Source: Microcystis aeruginosa NIES-843 (lineage in GTDB: Bacteria; Cyanobacteriota; Cyanobacteriia; Cyanobacteriales; Microcystaceae). From it: DNA of 32,000 bases. The DNA is taken from assembly GCF_000010625.1 (NCBI RefSeq), contig NC_010296.1:2670001-2702000 (forward strand). Reading direction: 5' to 3'. The position numbers and the translations under genes are program-made. Shown here one piece after another: positions 10,027 to 17,627 of this stretch. Within the stretch, counting starts at the first letter, position 1; every line of letters begins with the position of its first letter. The notes beneath the pieces were generated by a model. The model was given only the letters and a program-made list of their open reading frames with translations. It was not told where the DNA came from and did not search any database.

Positions 10027-10671
10027 TTAGGAAAGTATCAACACAGATTGCTTGATAATCTTTCCAGATACAAGCCTCTCCCTTAGTTTCGGTTCTTAAG
10101 CGCACTTTTCCTCCATCTAGACTAATTTCTTGAACGGGGTTTCCTGATTCTTCTTCGGCAAATTGGTGGCGATGGACTAATCGTTGTTGAGTCCTAGCCG
10201 AGACCTTCATCCCTATATAAAATTGAATATCTCTGGCGGCATTTTCATAAGAAACATTGGCACTAGCTCTTAAACAACAGCGTTCTAAGTAAGGACTAAT
10301 TTGGTTATTACGAGGAATATTTAAACGGATTGCTTGTTTTTCTGTCAGGCATAATTCTCCGATGATGCTTTTTATTTTTCTCGGTCTCCCGGCTTGAGTT
10401 CCTGTCGTTTTTGTGACCAAAAAAAATCCTAGTTTCGGAGTTATATATTTTCAGGTCTGTTCTCTTATTGTCGTCTCTATTCCCTCTAAAGTTTGAATTT
10501 TTTCAGCCTCAGCTTCCTGATGAAGAATCTTGGCTATCGCTTGAATATGTTGGTTAAGTTCTTGTTGTTGCTCTGGAGTCATTTTTGTCTTTTCCCTACT
10601 CTTTTCTCTATCCCATACCCAATTGATGCTTTTGTCAAGTAGTTTATTTGTTCTTCAGCTTTGACTTGCTC

Positions 10672-10912
10672 CCGCATCAAAGTAAAGCCCATAGGGTGAG
10701 AATGTAACTCCCAAATCGGAGTATTCTGTGGTTACACGTGTCAAGAAAGGAAAAATATGCTCATCAAATGTAATCGTTGAATGGGGATTACTCAATCCGA
10801 AATTATTTTGGATAAAAGCGGCATGAGCGGCGGGGATGCCTGATAAGCTTAGCATTATGATAGAACCCACGACTGCCGAACTGACGTAATGGTTCATTTC
10901 TCTTAAATTCAT
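10672..10912 (-). pseudogene. PEP-CTERM secreted protein 2, N-terminal fragment
   Basis: MNLREMNHYVSSAVVGSIIMLSLSGIPAAHA is a signal peptide. The reconstructed junction reads ...GLYFDAANGGGSIGNF... Confidence 0.65.
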
Positions 10913-10920
10913 GACGTTTT

Positions 10921-11031
10921 ACTCCTAATCAATTCAGAAACAAATCTGCTTCCGTAATTACTCTAATAGACGGTTGTTTGATTTAATGATTGAATTGATT
11001 GAATTGATTGAATACGATACAAGACGTAACG
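10921..11031 (-). repeat. Leader/promoter-like repeat, copy D (between higA2 and PEP-CTERM gene 2)
   Basis: This is the most diverged copy. It contains three tandem GAATTGATT units. On the minus strand it ends in TAGGAG 9 nt before the ATG at 10912. Confidence 0.6.
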
Positions 11032-11041
11032 TCTGCTGCTC

Positions 11042-11371
11042 TTACTGCACTGCTAGAACAGAAATATGTCCGACCTCTTTTGTATCGCTGCGAGGCCGGA
11101 TGACGATCTCTACGTCTTGATTCAATGCCGTGAGAAATTCCATCAATCGTTCAACTGAAAATTGATCGAGCCGATAGTTTTTTAGTGCTGAAACCTTGGG
11201 CTGCGGGATATTAAGCAGTATGGCAATCTCCCTCTGTTTCAGCTTGCGACTTTTCAGAAGTTCGTTAACGGCCAGGGCTAGGCGTGTTTTCGTTTGCCGT
11301 TCGGTTGCGTCTGGATAACCAAGGTCAGCGAAAACGTTCGTGGTGCCGCGAGTGATTTCCAAATTGCTCAT
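11042..11371 (-). CDS. higA: HigA-like antitoxin, second (orphan) copy
   Basis: It differs from 1209-1538 at 6 nt, of which 5 are synonymous (the only amino-acid change is Y3N). Only the last ~20 nt of higB are retained upstream. Confidence 0.75.
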   Translation of the reverse strand: MSNLEITRGTTNVFADLGYPDATERQTKTRLALAVNELLKSRKLKQREIAILLNIPQPKVSALKNYRLDQFSVERLMEFLTALNQDVEIVIRPRSDTKEVGHISVLAVQ

Positions 11372-11390
11372 TTTGTCCCTCTACTTTCAT

Positions 11391-12712
11391 CGAAAATTTG
11401 GGTCTGAAACCCCGTCGTTCTACGACGGCTTTACCGTTAAATATTAGCGCATTTACACGATATATGCTAGAATGCGAGATATGGAAAAAGCCTATTCTTA
11501 CCGATTTTACCCCACACCAGAACAAGAGTCGCTATTGCGGCGCACTTTGGGCTGTGTAAGATTGGTTTACAATAAGGCACTCCATCTCAGAACACAAGCT
11601 TGGTATGAAAGACAAGAAAGAGTAGGATATACTGAAACTTCTTCAATGTTGACCGAGTGGAAAAAGCAAGAAGAATTAGACTTTCTCAATGAAGTAAGCT
11701 GTGTACCTTTACAACAAGGCTTAAGACATTTACAAACAGCTTTTACTAATTTCTTTGCTGGTCGTACTAAGTATCCTAACTTTAAGAAAAAACATCAGGG
11801 AGGAAGTGCCGAATTTACCAAATCTGCTTTTAAATTTAAAGACAAACAAATCTATTTAGCTAAATGCACAGAACCTTTACCTATTCGGTGGTCAAGACAA
11901 ATACCAGACGGATGTGAACCAAGCACAGTAACAGTCAGATTACATCCTTCTGGACGTTGGCATATTTCAATTAGATTTGATGACCCAACGATTAAGCCTC
12001 TACCAGTAACAGATAAAGCCATCGGAATTGACTTAGGAATTAGTAGCCTCGTGATTACCAGCGATGGCGATAAAGTATCTAATCCCAAGCATTTTAAAAA
12101 GCATTATCGGAGACTGCGAAGAGCATCTAAAAGTCTTTCTCGAAAACAGAAAGGCTCAAAGAATCGGGAAAAGGCAAAAATCAAAGTAGCCAGAATTCAC
12201 GCTCAAATCACCGATAGTAGAAAAGACCATTTACATAAGCTAACCACTCAATTAGTTCGTGAAAACCAAACGATTGTGGTTGAGAATTTAGCCGTCAAGA
12301 ATATGGTCAAAAACCCGAAATTATCTCAGGCAATATCTGATGTAAGCTGGGGAGAAATAACCCGACAATTAGCCTATAAATGCCGTTGGTATGGGAGAAA
12401 CTACATCGAAATAGATAGATGGTTTCCTAGCTCTAAAAGGTGTAGTAATTGCGGGTATATTGCCCTTGAAAATGCCGTTAAATGTTCGAGAGTGGGATTG
12501 TCCAGACTGTGGGACGCACCATGACCGAGATATTAACGCCAGTAAAAATATTTTGGCCGCAGGGCTTGCGGTGTCAGTCTGTAGAGCGACCATAAGACCA
12601 GAACAGAGTAAATCTGGGGCGGCAGGTGCGAAAAATCCTTCGGGAAAGAAGCAGAAACCCAAATCGTGAGGTTTGGGAATCGCCGTCCGTTTTACGGCGG
12701 CGAGGATGTCAA
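11391..12712 (+). mobile_element. IS200/IS605-family element, TnpB-only (copy 1)
   Basis: The left end CGAAAATTTGGGTCTGAAACCCCGTCGTTCTACGACGGCTTTAC lies directly after TTCAT. The right end is GGTTTGGGAATCGCCGTCCGTTTTACGGCGGCGAGGATGTCAA. There are no inverted repeats and no duplication, as expected for this family. Confidence 0.8.
11481..12669 (+). pseudogene. tnpB: TnpB (OrfB) RNA-guided nuclease gene with a +1 frame break in the zinc finger
   Basis: The sequence reads MEKAYSYRFYPTPEQ...GIDLG...VVENL...CSNCGYIA, then the frame shifts at about 12460-12466 to ...[28 protein letters not shown]. Confidence 0.8.
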
Positions 12713-12730
12713 GAAGTCTCCTTATTGAAT
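12530..12730 (+). ncRNA. Putative TnpB omega/reRNA (scaffold overlapping the tnpB 3' end and RE, guide from the flank)
   Basis: This is inferred only from the established TnpB architecture plus the RE hairpin TCGCCGTCCGTTTTACGGCGGCGA. The boundaries are approximate. The guide would start at about 12713 (GAAGTCTCCTTATTGA). Confidence 0.35.
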
Positions 12731-12879
12731 TTGTAGAATTTGAGAACTGCTTACCTGAGTCGAGTCAACAATTCTGCTTCTGCTATTACCCTGATAGATG
12801 GTTGTTTGATTTGATGTGTGAATTGATTAAAACTGTATGAATTGCCTGAATACGACACAAAACGTAACGGGCGATGCAC
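12714..12879 (-). repeat. Leader/promoter-like repeat, copy C (5'-truncated; abuts the hydroxylase stop and the TnpB element RE)
   Basis: Near-identical to copy B, with a 9-nt tandem duplication (gtagaattt). On the minus strand it ends in AATAAGGAGACTT at the IS boundary. Confidence 0.7.
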
Positions 12880-12882
12880 GAG

Positions 12883-13659
12883 TTAAACTCCATCGACTTT
12901 ACCCGTCAGACGCTCATCAAACTTCTGCTCATAATCGGGGTCTTGAGTTCCGAGGAGTTTGTCCCAGAACGTGAAATATAGACCGTAATGTACGGTGTAC
13001 TTGCGATGATGAATGGAATGATGGGCAGGACCAATAAACCACCGACCCAACCAATGATGGGGAAATGAGGAAGGCAAGCGATCGATCCCAAGATGATTTA
13101 ACACTGCCCAGATCGTCATCGTGGTGAGTGCCGCAATTAACGTGATGAAATGCAGGGGAAGGACAAAGACAATGCCGACCAGGAAGAGAGACTGAACGAT
13201 CGCCTCTAGTGGGTCAAAGGCAAACGAAGTCCACGGGGTAGGATAGCGCGAGCGATGATGCCCCTGGTGTAACCACCGAAAGAGTGACGGGTGGTGAAAC
13301 AAGCGATGGGTGAAATAGAAATAGGCATCCTGGAGAACCAACACAGCGCCATAACTAACCCCTAAATAACACAGCCCATACTGTTGAGGGTGGCTGTATA
13401 AGCGGGTAATGCCCCAACTGTATCCTGTCATGATGAAAGCCGCCGCCAGCGCAAACACCCCCGCCGAAAGAACCGAGAGCGTGATATCTTGTTGAATCGA
13501 TCGCCAAGAGGGAGACCAATGCCGCAGGTTGTGATTGACAAAGGACTGACTCAAGGGCGAATAGAAGAACAAATAGGTTCCCCCAGCCACGAGAAAGTAT
13601 CGCGCCAGGATGATCCCAAAGAAAGCGAACCCGTAAAATCCAAATGAGTGGTCTATCAA
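12883..13659 (-). CDS. Fatty acid hydroxylase / sterol desaturase superfamily membrane protein
   Basis: Multi-pass hydrophobic protein with His boxes HRLFHH, HQGHH, HHSIHH. I prefer the TTG at 13659, 6 nt after AGGAG and 1 nt after the NACHT stop. The alternative start at 13722 would overlap the NACHT gene by 62 nt. Confidence 0.75.
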   Translation of the reverse strand: MIDHSFGFYGFAFFGIILARYFLVAGGTYLFFYSPLSQSFVNHNLRHWSPSWRSIQQDITLSVLSAGVFALAAAFIMTGYSWGITRLYSHPQQYGLCYLGVSYGAVLVLQDAYFYFTHRLFHHPSLFRWLHQGHHRSRYPTPWTSFAFDPLEAIVQSLFLVGIVFVLPLHFITLIAALTTMTIWAVLNHLGIDRLPSSFPHHWLGRWFIGPAHHSIHHRKYTVHYGLYFTFWDKLLGTQDPDYEQKFDERLTGKVDGV

Positions 13660-13660
13660 T

Positions 13661-15970
13661 TTAATCTCCTTGCCATTCCCGATCTTCCAAGTCCTTTTGA
13701 GGTAACAGCAACGTGGCTTCAATTTCTTGCCGGATTGCGGCTGTTATTTCGCAGTTACTATTCAAACAATCGATCAGGAGTTGATTGGCCTCATAGTAGC
13801 GTTGGAGCAGCTGCTGTTGCTCAGTCGTAAACTGCCAGGGATGATGAATATTGCGATAATTGGCGATCGCACCCCGCAACTGTTCCACCCAGGCAGAATA
13901 GTTTTTCTGCCACCAGTGCTGAAGCCGTTCCGGGTTTTGACTCGGAGGTGGCAGTTGGTCTCTCAATTGTTGCAAAGACTTATAAAATCCAGCATCCAGA
14001 ACCATCACCAGAATGTTGTTGAGTGCCTCGCTACAAGCATTGACATAGGCAAAATCCTGACTGTGGTCGATGGCAAACTCTACCAGCAAGTTCTCCAACG
14101 CCGCATCTAAAAACATCCCCTGATCGAGCGTGCTGGCTAAGGCAAAGCGATCTGCCGTATGCGGGCTTTGGGCAAGGGCAAGGTAAAATGCGCGTGCGGT
14201 CGCCACTTTGGTTTCGTCTGGGAGCTGCTGGGATTTTTGGCTGGCCCAACTCAAAAACTCTTGCAGATAGGAGTCTTGCGCGACTAAGGCATCAATTTGT
14301 TGCTTCATCAACTGCACCAGCGCATCTGCACTTCGCAACATGGCAGCCGTTAACAAGAAGACTTCGCGCCAGTGGGAATCGGTGATGTGACTCACCAACC
14401 CTCCCAGTGCTTGTTCTAATGCCTGCAAATTATGGCTGGCAACTATTTTTCGAGCCGTGAAGTATTCTTGAAATGCCAGATAAGAAAATGAAAAAATGCC
14501 TCGCGCCCTTTCTGTGAGGATTCCATGCTGTGCCTCGATCGCTTTCAGCATGGCTTCGCTTTCGAGTTGGAGTTCCTCTGCTTCCAGGGTTGCACCTGGC
14601 AAATTCCGCAAATAGTCGCCAATGTATTGCTCAATCGTGCGTTGCTCAAAAAAATACTGCCCCTGTTCAAAAGTCACTGCTGCAAGCTGGCTCAACAGCC
14701 TCAATTTTTGGGGCAATAAAAACCCCCGGTAAACCTGATCGCGTTCGACTCCTCTCGCTTCATCCCATTTACCCAGCAGCAAATCCAGCCCTTGTTTATA
14801 AAACTCAGCCCGCTTGCTCGGAAATTTCCCTTGACCCTGAAACACCCAGCAGGCGAGATGCAGAAACAGAGGTGTCACCACCAGTTGCCGAAATTGCCAG
14901 TTTTCTGGCAAGTCCAACTTCTGCATAAACTGAGCCGACTGCTCCTGCCCCGCTTGAGCAGTCGTTTTGCTCAGTGCCACAAACCACTTTTGCGCGAAGG
15001 TGCTGATTTGTGCCTGGGTAAAGGGGGCAATTTCTACATCAGTGAAACCTCTAATCTGGAGTTTTTGGGCAGCGGTGCGACAGGTTACTACAAATCGATT
15101 GCGATGATACTTTTCTGAGAATTGGCGAATTTCTCTCAGAACTGCTGTAATGTCCTGGTTGAGAACTTCATCCATGCCATCGAGCAACAGCAGGACTCTG
15201 CCCGCTTGCAGTAAGGTTTCCAGCACAGACGGGTTGGAAATTCCCGAGGTGAGCAATGCCTGACGGATGTAGTTGAACAGGCTAAATTCACCACTGGGAC
15301 TGGACTCCTCGGCAAATTCTCTCAATAAGATAAAAATCGGCACTTGATTCGCAGCAAACTCGCCTTGGTTGCACTGAATCGCCAGATGTTGCAAAAAGGT
15401 AGTTTTGCCAACCCCCGGTCTCCCCAAAACTCTGAGCTTTGAGTAAGTTTCAACAGCCTGCATTCCGGGTATTTGCTTCTGCTCAACCTCTCCCAAACCG
15501 ACGCGATCGAATTCATCGGAACCCAAGTTTTGCCAATCGGCAATCTCCACCCACTGTTGACTGCCAATTTCTGCCAAAATATTGACATCCACATAGATGT
15601 CATCAATGCTGACTGGATGGCTGATATCTAGTAACTGCAAGATGCCGCACTGGTTTTGGATGGTGTCCCGGCGTCGCGCTCGCACCTCTTGCACCAGAGC
15701 ATCAATATTAGTTTTCGCCAGTTCTCCAGGTTCAGGAAATTCTGCGGGCGGAGCGAGGGCAATCTCCCGCCAATCCAAATCCAGAATCGAACAAATTTCC
15801 AGGAAAACCTGGCGATCGACGGGTTTCCCTGTGAAAAACCGCCAAATCGGCTGGCGGGTCTTTAAGTTCACTTCCCCTGCTAGATTTTCCTGAGTCCACC
15901 CCTTGAGCGCAAAGGCTCGTTTAGCCTGTTTAATTCCCGAAGGGGAAGCCTGGAGCGATCTCTTGACCAT
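13661..15970 (-). CDS. STAND NTPase with N-terminal HTH-like domain and NACHT module
   Basis: ATG at 15970, 10 nt after AAGGAGG. Walker A is GRPGVGKT (15401-15424) and Walker B is LLLLDGMDE. The C-terminal half is a long helical region without recognisable repeats. Confidence 0.85.
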   Translation of the reverse strand: MVKRSLQASPSGIKQAKRAFALKGWTQENLAGEVNLKTRQPIWRFFTGKPVDRQVFLEICSILDLDWREIALAPPAEFPEPGELAKTNIDALVQEVRARRRDTIQNQCGILQLLDISHPVSIDDIYVDVNILAEIGSQQWVEIADWQNLGSDEFDRVGLGEVEQKQIPGMQAVETYSKLRVLGRPGVGKTTFLQHLAIQCNQGEFAANQVPIFILLREFAEESSPSGEFSLFNYIRQALLTSGISNPSVLETLLQAGRVLLLLDGMDEVLNQDITAVLREIRQFSEKYHRNRFVVTCRTAAQKLQIRGFTDVEIAPFTQAQISTFAQKWFVALSKTTAQAGQEQSAQFMQKLDLPENWQFRQLVVTPLFLHLACWVFQGQGKFPSKRAEFYKQGLDLLLGKWDEARGVERDQVYRGFLLPQKLRLLSQLAAVTFEQGQYFFEQRTIEQYIGDYLRNLPGATLEAEELQLESEAMLKAIEAQHGILTERARGIFSFSYLAFQEYFTARKIVASHNLQALEQALGGLVSHITDSHWREVFLLTAAMLRSADALVQLMKQQIDALVAQDSYLQEFLSWASQKSQQLPDETKVATARAFYLALAQSPHTADRFALASTLDQGMFLDAALENLLVEFAIDHSQDFAYVNACSEALNNILVMVLDAGFYKSLQQLRDQLPPPSQNPERLQHWWQKNYSAWVEQLRGAIANYRNIHHPWQFTTEQQQLLQRYYEANQLLIDCLNSNCEITAAIRQEIEATLLLPQKDLEDREWQGD

Positions 15971-15999
15971 ACAATCCAATCCTCCTTATCGAGTCAGAA

Positions 16000-17568
16000 T
16001 CAGTTCTGGTTGGGACGACCAGAAACTTCTAAGGGATCGTAGCCTAGTTGTTGAGTAATCCGTTCTCTGGCTAAGGCCCGGTACTCCCAAAAATGTTCTC
16101 CCGCCGCGCACAGACCTAAATACAGATTGAGAACTTGGGGCTTTTTTTGCCAAATCGTCCATAATTGCCGCCAAAACTGTCCCCGAATGTTCCCTCGGCG
16201 GATACCCTGATGCCAGATTAACTGGGTAATCAGCCGTAACCCCTTCCCCACGGGAAATTGCATGGTTTGCTTGTGTTTTGACTGCAAACCCAGACCGAGA
16301 CATTGTTGGAAACAGCGTCGGAGATAGTGGCTGGGTTCGTACAGCGTCCAGAAGCCTTCGACATACTCTCTGGCAATTTCGGCAATCGGGCGGGTGGGGA
16401 TAAAATTCATCAAGCTATTCTGATCTCCCGTCGGATGGATGCTGTCACCCTCAACTAAACGCTGTTCTTGCTGGAGACGATTCCAGAGCGCCGTGTTGGG
16501 CGGAGCCTGGAGGATGCCTAACATGGGCTGAGGAATACTGGTTTCTTCCACAAAGGCTTGAATCCTTTCCCCCGCACCAGAGCGCTCTCCATCAAACCCC
16601 AAGATAAATCCAGCATAGATTAGCAAACCGGCTGCATTAATCTTGCGACAGGCTTCCACCAGTGGATTGCGAGTATTTTGCAGTTTGCGCGTCACTTGCA
16701 GACTATCTTGGTCAGGAGTTTCAATCCCCAGAAAGACAGAATAAAACCCCGCCTCAGCCATCAGGTGCAGTAATTCATCATCCTCTGCCAAATTGACCGA
16801 GGCTTCAGTAATAAAGGTGAAGGGATAGTCGTGCTGCTTCATCCAGGGAATCAAGTCTCTGAGAAAGCGTTTGACGTTGCGCTGATTGCCAATAAAGTTG
16901 TCATCGACGATGAACAACGAACCGCGCCAGCCTAGGTCGTAGAGAGTCTGCAACTCTGCTAAAGTCTGACTCGGCTCTTTAGTACGAGGTTTGCGCCCGT
17001 AGAGGGAAATAATGTCGCAAAATTCGCAGTTAAAAGGACAGCCGCGAGAGAATTGCACTGCCATCATTAAGTAATCGTCTCGCTGAAGCAGGTCGAAGCG
17101 GGGGATGGGGCTGAGGGTCACGTCTGGCTTGTCCCCAGAGCGGAAAATTCCCTGGCTTTGACCTTGAGCGATCGCCTCTAAAAACAGGGGAACGGTTAAC
17201 TCTCCCTCATCCAAAATGAGATAGTTCGCTCCAGAATCCAGGGCATCCTGGGGGACAGAGGTGGGGTAGGGACCGCCAACGGCGACTTTTTTGCCTAACT
17301 GCACGGCTTTTTGAATCAGAGCTTGAAAATCTGGCTTCTGGACCAACATGGCAGAGAGGATAACCAACTCACACCACTCCCAATCGGCTTCTGTTTCAGG
17401 ATTGACGTTGCGATCGTAAAATCGAATTTCCCAGTTTTGGGGGAGGAGGGCGGCGACAGTAATGATGCCGAGGGGTGGAATGGTGGCTTTCAGTCCCGCG
17501 ATTTCCATAAAGCGATCGTAAGACCAGAAAGACTGGGGAAACTCAGGGTAGAGTAACAGGGCTTTCAT
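16000..17568 (-). CDS. B12-binding-domain radical SAM protein (DUF4070-type C-terminus)
   Basis: 522 aa. The N-terminus MKALLLYPEFPQSFWS...PPLGIITVAA is typical of the cobalamin-binding class. The CPFNCEFC cluster motif is at 17017-17040. Confidence 0.9.
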   Translation of the reverse strand: MKALLLYPEFPQSFWSYDRFMEIAGLKATIPPLGIITVAALLPQNWEIRFYDRNVNPETEADWEWCELVILSAMLVQKPDFQALIQKAVQLGKKVAVGGPYPTSVPQDALDSGANYLILDEGELTVPLFLEAIAQGQSQGIFRSGDKPDVTLSPIPRFDLLQRDDYLMMAVQFSRGCPFNCEFCDIISLYGRKPRTKEPSQTLAELQTLYDLGWRGSLFIVDDNFIGNQRNVKRFLRDLIPWMKQHDYPFTFITEASVNLAEDDELLHLMAEAGFYSVFLGIETPDQDSLQVTRKLQNTRNPLVEACRKINAAGLLIYAGFILGFDGERSGAGERIQAFVEETSIPQPMLGILQAPPNTALWNRLQQEQRLVEGDSIHPTGDQNSLMNFIPTRPIAEIAREYVEGFWTLYEPSHYLRRCFQQCLGLGLQSKHKQTMQFPVGKGLRLITQLIWHQGIRRGNIRGQFWRQLWTIWQKKPQVLNLYLGLCAAGEHFWEYRALARERITQQLGYDPLEVSGRPNQN

Positions 17569-17627
17569 CGAAAAACTGGGTCTGAAACCCCGCCCTTTAG
17601 CGATAGCGGAGGGCGGCTTTACATAAG

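Larger units (their letters stand above)
8154..10582 (-). pseudogene. ISKra4-like transposase, split by IS701 and carrying an in-frame TGA
   Basis: It starts MTPEQQQELNQHIQAIAKILHQEAE (ATG 10582), with an in-frame TGA after ...IREQT. The ORFs 9989-10420 and 8154-8582 join in frame (…ICVDTFLRKAWFGENESL…) once 8664-10026 plus one TTAG is removed. Confidence 0.65.
8111..10671 (-). mobile_element. ISKra4-like insertion sequence (family assignment tentative), itself carrying an IS701
   Basis: TIRs are GGAGCAAGTCAGTTTTGTCAGAAC (8112-) versus the reverse complement of the right end, GAGCAAGTCAAAGCTGAAGAAC. A direct repeat CCGCATCAAA(G) occurs at 8100-8110 and 10672-10682. Confidence 0.65.

Noticed and set aside
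10985-11015. Tandem GAATTGATT units, and the possibility of a CRISPR or other array.
   Set aside because: There are only three 9-nt units with no spacers. They are part of leader repeat copy D. I saw no CRISPR-like repeat-spacer structure anywhere in the window.
11325-11525. A 66-aa minus-strand ORF spanning the higA2 start, the IS left end and the tnpB start.
   Set aside because: It crosses an IS boundary and overlaps two real genes, so it is an artefact of the junction.
12883-13722. The 279-aa version of the hydroxylase ORF, starting at 13722.
   Set aside because: It would overlap the NACHT gene by 62 nt and adds an implausible Cys/Arg-rich N-terminus. The TTG at 13659 has an AGGAG at proper spacing and starts right at the first hydrophobic segment.
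13727-16303. Plus-strand and alternative-frame ORFs inside the NACHT and rSAM genes (13727-14110, 14530-14928, 14792-15118, 15597-15893, 15986-16303 and others).
   Set aside because: They are antisense or out of frame relative to long genes with strong motifs. They have no RBS and no recognisable domains.
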